A stretch of DNA of 64,000 bases, taken from NCBI GenBank assembly GCA_964270895.1, contig OZ185436.1. One strand, 5' to 3'. The position numbers and the translations under genes are program-made. A model generated the notes under the pieces. It saw only the letters and a list, made by a program, of their open reading frames with translations, was not told the origin of the DNA and made no database searches. Shown here piece by piece: positions 36,828 to 48,990 of this stretch. How positions within the stretch are numbered: position 1 is the stretch's first letter; the number at the start of each line of letters is the position of its first letter. The stretch comes from Podarcis filfolensis (lineage: Eukaryota).

Positions 36828-38169
36828 TACAGATCATGGGTGCTATAAAAAGACTGCTTTTATGAGAGGCCTTATCTCTGCCTTGTTGATAATGTACATC
36901 TACCTCAATGAGGTCTCAGTCAGGCTTAAAACAATAGTTTTTTGACAAAATCCATGTGCACATTGCTTCTATTCTGGACACTTCATCTTTTTCTTCAGCT
37001 ACTGGGCAGTAAGGAGGTATTGTAGCATAAAGGTGAACTGAAATAAAACGATCATGAGTGAAATGGGATATTCAGAGAGATGATGCTGTTTCTTAAGTCA
37101 ACTACCAGAGGCATTTTCTACTGCAATTAAATTACTAAGACAAGGGCAGGCCCAGTTTTCACTTCCAGTAAGTTCTTACTATCTTTTTTCCAGACTTGCA
37201 TGCTTTTCTCAGTATTGACTCATCTCTCCTAAGGGGAAACTGTCAACTCCCATTTGGCCTCGAAGCTTAAATTTGGCAATAACCAATTTTTACAGAGCTG
37301 AGAGAAATCATAGTTTGGGAGGAGGGAGGATTAACACTGTTTACTCAAGCATTTGCCTGTGGTATTTATTTACTGAATCTTTAAGGCTTTAGAGGTCAAG
37401 GAGGCGAATCTGATCAATTCTTTGACTAAAACTGGATAAATTGCACAGGATGTACATCACCTTACTCTTAAATAGTTAAAAGTTAATATAGAGGGTTGTA
37501 AAAGGGCAGGCTGAAGCATTGCTTTACGTCACACTATCCTGAACTTGGTACTGCCAAGTATTCAACATAACAGGCTTCTGCAACAGAATTTCTGTTTGTG
37601 CTTCATATATCCTATGAGGGAGCAAGGACACCTGTCTCCTACCTCTTGGAACTACCTTTCTGGCCCAGGTGAAAGAGGTATTATCAGAAAGTCAGAGGGA
37701 CAAGTTCATAGTTTTCAGGTGACCTAATGCATCAGAGCAGTGGGAGGAACCTGACCGGTGCCCATGCTGATGGGTTGGAGTCTAGCAACAGCTGGAGGCC
37801 ATATGCTAAGCTAACCCACATCTAAAGAAATCTGTGCACCTTCGCCAGCCCATCTGCCCTGTGAAGAAGGAAAGCGAGGAAGGCAGGCAGAGACAACATC
37901 GGGGCCTGCTCCAGTTGCGTTGTCCCCCTCTTCTCCACCCTGGCCAAGAATGGATAAGACCTGTTGGAACAGGCCAAGGGTCCATCAATTTCAGCATCCA
38001 GTTTCTAAGATAAGTCAACCCAGATGTTTCCCAAGAAGTTCAAGAACAGGAAGACAAACCCTGATTCTTTACAAGAACCTCGCTCACTTTCCATTTTGGG
38101 GCTAACAGAACACGGGCCACTGTTGTTAAATACATAAAACTTTTCTAAAACAACAAATTCTGGACCAGG

Positions 38170-39130
38170 TTACTTATAACACTACATTATTCTGTATATA
38201 ACTATATGATCAATTACATCATCTAGGTATTTGTGTGACCGCACTTTACAAAATGTCATAGGGCGGTGATCTGAAAACGGGTACTTCTGCTTGAAATGGG
38301 CAAATCTGATAATTTCCATTTTTGGGTAACAACATGGGTTGCTGTTGTTGCATACATAAACAAACTTTTCTGGCACCTGGGGATTTCTGTCCGGGTTATT
38401 CCCAACGAAAAGGACTCTGGCTTTTTGGGGAAGGTAAATTTAAGCATTTTTTTTCAACTCATCATAAATCATTTCCCAATATTATTTTACCTTTCGACAT
38501 GTCCACCACATAAAAAAAGGTTCCTCCCATTTCTTTACATTTCCAGCCCATCTTATTCTGCTTTATGAATCTTAGCCAACCTACTCGGAGTTAAATAACA
38601 TCTATGAATCATTTTCAAATAGTTCTCTTTCAGAGAATAACACGGTAAATTTAAAATTACTTTTCCAAGGTTTCTCCCAGAGGTTGCAATCTATATTGTG
38701 TCCTGTATCTATTGCCCAGTGTGTCATTGGTGCTATAATTAGCTCATCTTTTGTTTCCCATTCTAATAAAAAAATTATACATTTTAGACAGGAGTTTATC
38801 CTTCTTTTGTCTACCTTAAACATATATTTGGTGTTATTGTAACCAATCCATAACTTGGCCCCTTAAGTTCTCCATAGGTTTCACTCCGAGTTCGCCCCCT
38901 GTAAGGCACCCATTATCTGTCCTCTTAATTGCAATTGCTCCAATGGGGGATAACCATAAAAATGTTTTTCTTTCTAGAAGATTTTTATATTTTTCCCAGA
39001 CTCTATACAAATTCTTCCCAAGAACGTGGTTCATAGAACTCTTATAAATTTTTGCTTTCCCATACTAAAGACATGCATGCCAGCTGAATTTTAAGTCATC
39101 AGTCACTTAAGCTTTTCAACTTGACCATCC
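38170..39130 (-). mobile_element. Degraded L1 ORF2 fragment
   Basis: Frameshifted pieces KPESFSLGI..LFMYATTA and WEKYKNLLERKTFLWLSP, homologous to the 29.8-kb copy. Confidence 0.85.
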
Positions 39131-39477
39131 TAACCGCTTCCTTTATTTCTGATGGCAGACTTCTATTGTTACCTTGATTTCTTCAAACAGCTTGTTCCCA
39201 TGCAGGGCAGCAACCATTTCTGGAGAAGACTCCCTTTTTGTTCTCCAGTCAATATACCAAATAGATATGAGTGTGCTTGTTGGGAGTTCGCTCTGGTTGC
39301 CACAGGACCCCTCAATGTCCCGGTCGTCCCCAGGACCTCCTTCAGCGTGCTTGTTGCCTCTGAAATACTCCAAAAAAGCAGCAGCTGGGTCATTGCAATA
39401 GTGGTGCCAGCTTCCTTCTCCCCTTGCGGCGGCAAACCAGAAGTCCACATCAAAATTTCTTTTGATTCGTTTGCATA

Positions 39478-39886
39478 CAGCCATCTTTCCCATAGGGCTT
39501 GGTTGTGTGTCACACCAGGGTGCCAGCCTCTCAGGGGCACCCCCAACAAGTGGGGGAGCTACATGGCTTTGCCAGCGGCCTCCCCTTTCTCTGCATGCCC
39601 GCCAGCTGCGCCCCGCCAACCATATGGCTGGTGGGTGCACAGCTTCCCTCCCAAGCCTCTGCGGGGATCTCTCTCCTCCCGCGGAGGCTTGGAAGGGCGC
39701 AAATTCTCTCCCAAGCCTCTGCAAGGATCGCTCTCCTGCAGTGGCATGGGGGATAGTTGTGTCCCCCCCCCCCAGATGGCTGGCAGTGCATAGCTACAGC
39801 CACCCCACCCCCCACTATCCGTGGTAATTTGGGGGCGCTGGGCAGATATTTGCACCCCGGCGTCGCATCTGCTAAAGACGGCCCTG
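39478..39886. mobile_element. GC-rich non-autonomous TIR element
   Basis: Right end gctaaagacggccctg; degenerate left end cagccatctttc; internal repeats of ctcccaagcctctgc. Confidence 0.45.
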
Positions 39887-40627
39887 TTTGCATATAATTT
39901 TGGACCTCTGATATAGAAATGCAGTAGCATTCGCTGTTTGATATCCTGCTAAATTATATGTCCATGTTTGACTTGAGCAGAGTCTTCACCATAGGGAGAA
40001 GTTTACTGTAAGGCTCTGGAGAACAGTCATGAGAATATGTTGAATTATGAAGCAATTAGCTTTCTTTTAATCATCCACTGGGGAGAACCATGAAACATTA
40101 GTAAGCTCAAAAGGTGCATCATTGCAGTGTGGGGTGGGGGAAGTACTGCATGATCCATGGCCTTTTAAATGATGAGGTGCTGGTGCCATCCAGTGGTTTC
40201 TCTAGGAAGTAGTTTCTGTATATGGTATACAGCCAAATGAAACAATAAGAAACGTCTCCATGGGGCCAGTTCTGTAATACATTTAAGAAGAGCATCTATG
40301 GGAACTAAAGCCCCATTTGCACTATACACTTAAAGCAGTAGCATACCACAAAAAATCTTGAGAACTGTAGTTTGTTAAGGGTGCCGAGTTAGGAAGTGCC
40401 TGCTCCCCTCACAGGTCTAGTTTCCAGAGCAGTTTAACAGACCTTTCCCCCACAAGGAACCGAGTTAGATCAATAAATTTAAACTGATCAAACTACTGTG
40501 AGAGTGTCTTACAATGAATTTCAAGCTCTTTGTCTGAATTAATCAAACCATCACCCCCACTGTAGTTTTCTATTTAATGTAGCAAGTCTACTCCTCAACC
40601 AGTGCTGCCAATTTCACTGGAGGTATA

Positions 40628-40849
40628 CAGTGGTACCTCGGGTTAAGAACTTAATTCGTTCTGGAGGTCTGTTCTTAACCTGAAACTGTTCTTAACCTGA
40701 GGTACCACTTTAGCTAATGGGGCTCCCCCTGCCGCCACGCCACCGCCACACAATTTCTGCTCTCATCCTGAGGTACTATTTCTGGGTTAGCGGAGTCTGT
40801 AACCTGAAGCATCCGTAACCTGAAGCATCTGTAACCTGAGGTACCACTG
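40628..40849 (-). mobile_element. Family A MITE
   Basis: TIRs and TA TSD. Confidence 0.9.
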
Positions 40850-40952
40850 TATAGAGTTGGAAGCAGGACATCTTGTAATATACTCCCTCCCCTATCAGTA
40901 GTTATTTTCATTATGAACCCCCTAATGAACCATTTTACACTTTCTGTCACTA

Positions 40953-41186
40953 CAGGGGTACCTCTGGATAAGAACGCTTCTGGTTGCGCACACTTCGGGT
41001 TACGAGCTCTGCTAACCCGGAAGTACAGTAGTAGCTCCCGGTTGCGAACTTTGCCCTGGGACATGAGCAGGAGGCACGCGCACAGTGGGAGGCGCCACTG
41101 GCGAAAGCACGCCTCAGGATAAGAACAGTTTCAACTTAAGAATGGACCCCCGGAATGAATTAAGTTCGTAACCAGAGGTACCACTG
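40953..41186 (+). mobile_element. Family A-related MITE (diverged subfamily)
   Basis: TA-CAGGGGTACCTC...GAGGTACCACTG-TA; related internal motifs. Confidence 0.85.
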
Positions 41187-42253
41187 TATTTTTATTGCTA
41201 TGAGAATTGTTGCTCTGTATCCAAGACAGGAATACCCCTGAGCAAGTTGCAGCAATTTCACTTTTACTCTCTTAAGTAAAATATATCCTGGCAATCGTTT
41301 TCAGCAGAGTTCAGGAACCATTGTCACTCTTGAGGGCCACATTCCCTCCTGGGCAATGTGCCAGAAGGGACAGAGGCAAAAGTGGGCAGAGTAACCAATA
41401 AGATATTTTACCCTTCATACAATAAGGTAGAAAGGGTAAACATACACTCACACATACCCTATCATCCATCCAGACATGCAAGAACCATTATGGGTGTTTA
41501 GGGACACATTCCACAGGCAATGTTTGTAAATAGAAGGGCAGGGTAAGTTACAAGATTTGGGGCTTATTTTTCTATATTTTCTGTCAGAAAACAGATTCTG
41601 CTTGAAATTAACTGCAAATAATTAGCTTACTAAAATTCACTCATAGTTTTGCTGGTTTCCCCAGCTGAAGCATATATACAATTGACTAATAAAATTAAAA
41701 GACATAAGACATAAGAGCCAAACACTAATTCATTTTTTGTTAACACATTCCCTAATTTCCTATCACTTTCATATTATACACAAATTCTAACCAGCTTGAT
41801 CTTCAATGCTGTGTGTGCAGTAGAGCTGAAGAGCATAAATAAACATGCACAGAGAACATTTTATAATAAATGGAATATACATTATAGCTGCAGGCCAAAG
41901 TTGATATTAACATTTATTGTTTGGTGTACAAAACTTGATTCCTGCTGTGTTTCTTTTCAAAGAAGATCATCAAAGGCTGTAAAAAGCCAGTACTGCTTTT
42001 ATTATAAACTCCCACTTGATAACTATAATCATTATTTCGAGCAAGCATTGCAGAGACACCTTGCTTGTGTAATAGCATATAATATTTTCTCTCAAATTCT
42101 AGAAAAGGTATTTCAATGGGGTGGCTGTTGAAAGAAATGTTAAAACTGTCTATATTTCAGTGGTGTACAACCTGCTTTTCATGCAGAAGGTTCTGGATTC
42201 AGTCCCCACCATCTCCAGGTAGGTCTGGATAATCCCTGCCCCAAACCCTAAGG

Positions 42254-42389
42254 CAGACATCCCCAAACTAGGCCCTCCAGCTGTTTTGTGACGACAACTC
42301 CCATCATCTCTAGCTAACAGAACCAGTGGTCAGGGGTGATGGGAATTGTAGTCCCAAAACAGCTTCAGGGCCGAGTTTGGGGATGCCTG
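42254..42389. mobile_element. hAT MITE
   Basis: Long TIRs cagacatccccaaact / agtttggggatgcctg; perfect 8-bp TSD ccctaagg at 42246-42253 and 42390-42397. Confidence 0.9.
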
Positions 42390-42951
42390 CCCTAAGGAGC
42401 TGCTAGCAGCAGGTGAAGGTAAGGATTGAGGAACTATTTTGAGGACTGCATTCCTCTCATTCAACTTTCTGGGGGTAAACATGCAAAAGTGGACAGAGAC
42501 ACATAAGTGAATTTTACCTTTGTAAAGTAAGACATTTTACACATGCACACACCTCTCTTTCATCAAGGCAAGCTGGAGAAATTATCAAAGTTCAGGGACA
42601 CATTCGAGTCAAGGAGAGTGCCAAGTGGGGTTCGAGAAAGATGTAGTACAGGAAAGAGCCCATTTGGCCCGGGGCCTAAAGTTGCTCATCCTGATCCCTG
42701 GTACAGGCAGTGGTCTGAATTTCTCTATGGCAGTTTCCTATGACTTTCACTGTAAATAACTCTGGTGAACTCGCTTTATATTCCACGGGAGAGGGGGCAG
42801 GACAAGTTGCCAGGTGGAGAGAGGGGTCCAGGACTAAGCTTTTTGCAGGGTTTCGAAGATGGGCGAGGACAACAAAGCCAACATCCCTTGTGGCGGGCAA
42901 CCATTCCGCAGTTATCTTCTAGGGAAGTTTGATGTTTTATCACTTTTTATT

Positions 42952-43621
42952 TTTTTTTTTTTTTTATAATATATTTATTGAAGTTTTCAAATAAAGCATA
43001 TATTAGATAAGCACAACTTATCATTGTCCATTTAACATCTCTCAATTGTTACATGGGACTCCCCCACACCTCCCGCATACACTTACATCATTATTAAATT
43101 AATTTCAAACAAATTATCATTTAACTCATCTTAATTAATAATCTTAATTTGGTTTGACATATAATTCAGCCTTAAATCTAATTTAATGGTAGACAATTGT
43201 CTGCACTGGCATCCAATTCAACACTCAACCAAATTACAATATTTTTGTAAATAAATCTTAAATTTCCTCCAGTCTTCTTCCATCCTTTCTTCTCCCTGGT
43301 CTCGAATTCTGCCGGTCATCTCGGCTAATTGCATATAGTCCATCAGTTGCATCTGCCATTCTTCCACAGTGGGTAGCTCCTGAGTTTTCCAATTCTTGGC
43401 AATTAATATTCTTGCTGCTGTTGTTGCGTACAAAAAGAATGTTCTGTCCTTTTTTAACACACTCTGGCCGACAATACCCAGGAGAAAGGCCTCTGGTTTC
43501 TTAGTAAAGGTGTATTTAAACACCTTTTTTAATTCATTATATATCTTCTCCCAAAAGGCCTTCACTCTAGGGCAGGTCCACCAGAGGTGAAAAAATGTTC
43601 CTTCATTTTCCTTACATTTCC
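42952..43621 (-). mobile_element. Young 5'-truncated L1
   Basis: ORF KCKENEGTFFHLWWTCP...YLQKYCNLVEC* intact; poly(A); 18-bp TSD gttttatcactttttatt at 42934-42951 and 43622-43639. Confidence 0.93.
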
Positions 43622-43799
43622 GTTTTATCACTTTTTATTATTACTATTAATATTCTGTTGGAAGCCACCCAGCGTGACTGGGGTATAAATAATAAATTAT
43701 TATTATTGTTATTATCATTATCATCGGCAGAAGGGGTTCCAGGTTTTTGTAGTGATTTAAGACCAAACAAGAACAAAAGGCAAACGAAGAGGAACGCCC

Positions 43800-44651
43800 G
43801 ACCTTTGAAGAACTCTCTTCCCTCTCGCCGTGGGGCAACTTGTTTCTTTCCCCCCACCCACCCCCGTTGTGGGGCAACAGCAGACTCAGAAAAGCAAAGC
43901 ACAGATTCTCGGAGGAAGGGGCTCATCCGGCGATTGCTCTCTTTCCCGATAGGCGCGCCACGGCAGGTGCCCGTCACACGCCCGGCCCTGTTTTTCCTGA
44001 ACTCCTTCCTGCTCGCCTAGCCCAGCCCAAACACCTCAGCCCGTCCGAACGCAGGTGAAGGTAGGAGGAGGCGCGGCCTTGACTCCTGCATTACCTCCGC
44101 TGCACGTAAACATGCGCACACCCAGTCCCGGCTCCCTCACCGCCCACCACCCCGCCCCTCCAGGCTTCCTCCTTCGACGCCGTCGGGAAAGTTAAGAGCC
44201 TGTTCACAAATAGATTGCGTCCTTTTATAGCGCCTCCTCCCAGCAGCCCCCGCGCCGCGGCCGCCGATTGGCCGCCGAGACGCGAAGGGGCGGGAACGCG
44301 CACGTCGCGTTTTTTTTTATGAGAGCGTGAACGCGCTTTCCTCTCGGCTCGACCCGCCCCGCCGGTTTCCGTTCCTCCTCAGCCGCTGCCGGAGTTTGGG
44401 CCCGTAGAAGGAGAAAGGAAGCAGCGCCGGGGAGACGCAGCGGAGGAGGCCTTTCAGGTAGAGGAGTCGGAGAGGCCGCGGGGTCAGCGAAGGGGGCGAG
44501 GGCGGCGGGCGGCGAGGAACGCGGGAGCGGGGAGGCTCCTGGCCCTGCGTGGCCGCTCCCTGTGCGGCCTGCCCCACCCGACAGCCAGTGGCCACTGAGG
44601 GAGCGGGAATTTCCTCCGCTCTTCCTGGTGAGGCGGTTGGAGTAGGAAGTG

Positions 44652-44688
<37 letters not shown>

Positions 44689-44950
44689 CGTGGGCGGGCG
44701 AGGGGTTCGTGGCCACAAGCTAAGGCGGGGTGGGGGTGGGGGTGGGGGGAGCGGGAGTGGAGCCTCCCGCTGTCTGTGGGTGACGGGGCCGCCCGAGCCT
44801 TTTATTTTCCTGGTGCGAGAAGAGGTGGCTGAGCCGCCGCCTTCCCCCTTCGGGTGGAGTTCGGGAACTGCCTGTTCCAAGCGGGTGGCGGGTCTCCAGG
44901 TGAGCCCAGCGGGGATGCCAGGCGGGGGCTCCCCACGGCGGCCCTCCTTT
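43800..44950. promoter_or_regulatory. CpG-island promoter and non-coding first exon(s) of RHOA
   Basis: Large CpG/GC-rich island; CCAAT (gattgg at about 44266); GC boxes; ETS motifs; + strand donors at 44458, 44628 and 44900. It is the only island upstream of the RHOA coding exon. Confidence 0.85.
44654..44686 (+). repeat. (CA)16 microsatellite
   Basis: Seen directly. Confidence 0.98.
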
Positions 44951-47900
44951 AGCTTTAAAACATAAGTTTCTGTCGATTGTTTGGGGTGGAGGAAGGGTGG
45001 TGTTTCCTCTCTTGTTTGTCGAGCTGCTCTTTTCCCTCCTGGGAGGCCTTTGGCGTTCTTTTTTTTAAAGCCAAAATAACTCTTGAAAATACCATGAAAA
45101 GTGCCCGAATGTGCAGTGCTGGGTTTTAGATTCCGCAGAGCCTCTGGGCTGTGTAGTGGTGTAGCCCCGGCGCTGAATCTTTGTAAGGGTTTCTTCTCCA
45201 GAAGTGTGTGAGTGTTCTCAGATCATAATAGGAGGCCCAAATGGAGAAGACACGCTGTGTGACTGAATAACGTTGTGTTTTGCTGAATAATGCACTAGAA
45301 GCATGCAGTTAACTTCCAGATTTGCTGCTGATTTAGATTTTCATCCCGGTAGCATTCTGTCACATCACCAACTTCAGTTTTGTGCTTGGTTTTGTTTGTT
45401 TGTAGAGGCTTCTTTACATTAACTTAACTGATTACCTCATAAGACAAACAATGCAAGGGGTTGATGTGACCTGATGCGAATTGCAGCTGAAGCCAAACAG
45501 GTTTTTTTCTCAAATGTACAGTCACCCTCAAGAGTCACTAATCAGACCCAAATTTCCTTTACAATTTATTTTGAAATAACTTTCGCTAATTATTTGGGAT
45601 CTATTCTTAACGTGTATTTTCAGCATGTTGGGTCTATCCATAATATATACTTTGATGCTTCAAAGCACATACGTTTCAGTAATCCTTGTGATAGCCCTGT
45701 AAGGCAGACCAGTATCAGTTTCTCATACTGCAGATGGAGTTCAAGCCAAGAGGACAGTGACTTGCCCAAGGCCATCTAAGCGTGTTGATGGCTAAATTGG
45801 CAGGTCTTCTCAAATTTTTTAGCAGAATGTTTTTATATAATCCAATGCTGAATGGGTTCAAATGTCTACTCTTTCATGAAGCTCATTGCATGACGTTAGT
45901 CAGTCATTATCTCTCAACTTAAACCTACCTCACAGGGTGTAGGAGAGGCCCTTCTCTTAGAAAAGGGGTGGTGTAAAAATGTAGTAATAAAATTATAATG
46001 TTGACCTCTTTTTGGTTAGAATGATAGGGAGCAATTTATCTTTGCAACAAAAATAATAATAACGGGTGGAATTCAATGTCCCACTACAGTAATATGATCA
46101 TTCTGTCAGTGCAAGCACTGCTTGGCAGGTAGAACATCTCTCCTCCCCTGTGTGCTGTTCTAGAGGTTCTAGGTATTCAAAGCAGATTGTGGGAGAAGGT
46201 GAAGGGCTCCATTGCACTAAGAGGTCTTAGGCTACCAGGTTAATTCAATCCAGCTCAATGTAGTAAACAACAACAACAACAACCCCCCTAAATACTCAAT
46301 GTTATGCTGTTCTGGCTCTCTGGTGTCATTAACAATATGATTCAACACTTGTAGAATATACAGCGGGTTTTGAAATCTTTTCTGTATCTAACCTGTCTTA
46401 CATTATAGTCTGGAAGAATAGATCTGTTTGGTAATGCAGCCAAAGACCCAACCCACTAGGTGTGAATAAATAACCAAATTAGTAGCAGTGGCCTGTAATG
46501 CTTCCTGTAGCAGTATTTACTCTAGAAGTAGCAGACAATTAGTGATCAGCATTCATATTCTTATATAGCCCATTCCACGTTCTGTAAGTTGATATCTTTT
46601 CCTGATAGCCACCTGTCAAATAATATTTAAGGACTCTAAAGTAACTGTTGTGATTGGTGGGGTTGCTATGGTAATGCTGTAGGTTTAACACTGCAGTGGG
46701 AGGGCTGTGTAAGCATAGCTAGGAAGAGGAAACGTTTATGCAATATTCTGTGTTTGAAATGTTTCAAAGGGTAGGAAAGATTGAGAAGTTGTACTCAAAT
46801 TACCTACAAATTGCTAGAGTATGTTGGGCTTGGTTGCCACTATATAATTAGGAATTTCCGTCTGGCTTAAAGTGTTATGATAAACAATGAAAGTACAGTA
46901 ACTGAAAATGTGGTTTTTTTCCTTCCCTTTCCAATAGCATACTATAGGTGTAGGGAACCTTTGGCTGTCCAGATGCTGCTGGACTCCATCTCTCATCCTT
47001 CATGACCATTGGCCATGCTTGCTGGGGTTGTAGTTCAGCAACTTCTGGAGAACCAAAGGTTTCCCACACCTGGAATACTACATGAAAATTACCATTCAAT
47101 TCTTTACATGCATAGTGTATTATGCTTGTTTTGATTTAATGAATCTGCTTAAACACCTGCAATTGTAACAGTGATCAATAAGGATTTGTGCCCTTTTCCC
47201 AGCAGAAGTTCTTCTCAAGCACTGTCTTCTCTACCCAATGAACCAGCCTACTTTATTGCTGTCACAAACTCTACTTTCATCCATACTTCCTTAGATTGAA
47301 TATTGCAAGCTTGCTATTTGCGCTCTCCTTATTTTCCTGAAAAGTAGCCAGTAAACTAATCTATGGCTTTGAGTAAAACATTTCCACACATACTTCATGT
47401 ATATTATTGCCTTGTTTAAATGTTTCAAGATCTGTCCATATGATCTACAAGCCTGTCTTTATTATCTTGAGCCTCTTGTGCTCCAGTACTTTTTTGCAGG
47501 GAGGGTAGATACATTTTATCCCTCACCCAGTTGCTTTTTAATTGTCAATTAGAAGGATTCAGAGTAGCTAAATTACATATATTTTGGAATGGAAAAAAAA
47601 CTTTCACATAGGTAAACTGGCCTTGAATATGATTTTTTCTCAGCTGGTCGCTGGTACTGCCCTAGTACCCTTTAGAATTTCACTAAATCAGTACAATTTC
47701 ACCTTCAGATGTGTTTGATGTTTATAATGCTTCTCATGAAATGAATTCTGTCACTGATTACTGTTGTGGAAAATTTGATTTGTTCATATTTAAAAGTCCA
47801 TTCTCAATGCCTTCCAACAGAGCAATTATTTCATTTTGCGGAACTTAATGGAGAAAGTTGAATACCCACAATTAGAAATAATGCATCTACTGTTAATTGC

Positions 47901-47975
47901 ACAGTTAAAGGTGTAAGGAGAAAACAGTTCATAGTTGGGACAAGTCTCTAAAGATCACTTGAGGTGAAAGTACTC

Positions 47976-48006
<31 letters not shown>

Positions 48007-48356
48007 AACTTATCGCATATTGGATCCACATATCACACTTCTGCAGGTGATATTTTCTACACAACCAGAAAGAGGCATGTGGACATTGAAGGTTATGCTT
48101 GGGGACCATCATCCTCTCAAGACTCATCTTAACTTCTGCAGAGGAGGCAGGCTCTATCAGTTCAGTGAATGAGAGCTCCCTTTTGTTCTCTGAACTATCT
48201 CTTAGTTCTTTCTTTGCAATTTTGGACTCGAGATGTTTTGAGATAGAATCAAATGGAACAATCATAAGGGAAGTGTGTTCCCTTGGAATCACCAAATGAA
48301 TTTTCTCAGAGGGTTAATATCTGACTTAATTTCTGACTTATTCACACATGGTGCAA

Positions 48357-48384
48357 TTAGTTAGGGTTAGGGTTAGGGTTAGGC
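48357..48384 (+). repeat. Short interstitial telomere-like array ttag(TTAGGG)3TTAGGC
   Basis: Seen directly. Confidence 0.9.
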
Positions 48385-48990
48385 TGTTTTCAGCTGTTTT
48401 TGCCAGCATTGTGTGTACTGCACAAGTATAGAAGAAAATATATATTTCAATGTATAGCAATTAATGCACTTAGCTTTTTACATCTAGCTTCTCAATACAC
48501 AGTATTCTGCAGATACTAAAAAATAACTATCCACCTAAAAATAATTAGCCAGACATAGATTTTTAAAGTACTCTGAAAAGTTTGTAGTGTTGGGAACAAC
48601 TGTGTAGTAAGTTTCACAATTTGAGGGCCAGCATTGAAAAGTTCCTACTGACCAATTGACCTTACAAGAGAGCCTCTGAGGCGGATCATAATGCCCAGAC
48701 AGGCTCAATCAGATGTAGGTGGTCCCAAACTGTTTAGAGCAGGCATGTCCAAAGTCGGTTTCGGGGGCCTAACCCAGTCTGCCAGTCGATTTAATCCGGC
48801 CCCTGTGGCAGTATATGTCCTGGGGTAAAATCCTAAAAAAAGCTCAGCAACTTTGGGGTAAAATTGTAAAAAAAGCTTAACAACTTGAGAGTTGCTCCTC
48901 TGCCTTGATGACTTTGATTACCCCGTTCTGCACTTTTCCCCACTCTACAGTATCCTTTCTAAGGTGCATTTACCAGGACTGTACAGAGTA

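Noticed and set aside
34000-44200. TCTA exons or intronic C/D snoRNAs in the intergenic region
   Set aside because: No TCTA-like peptide in any frame I examined, and no properly spaced RTGATGA...CTGA pair was found by eye.
44221-44230. CArG/SRF box reading of CCTTTTATAG (and CCTTTTATAGG at 6206)
   Set aside because: Neither fits CC(A/T)6GG exactly; both fit a minus-strand TATAAAAG better.
44225-44965. Several long ORFs on both strands (VCVCVC/HTHTHT)
   Set aside because: Artefacts of the GC-rich CpG island and the (CA)n repeat.
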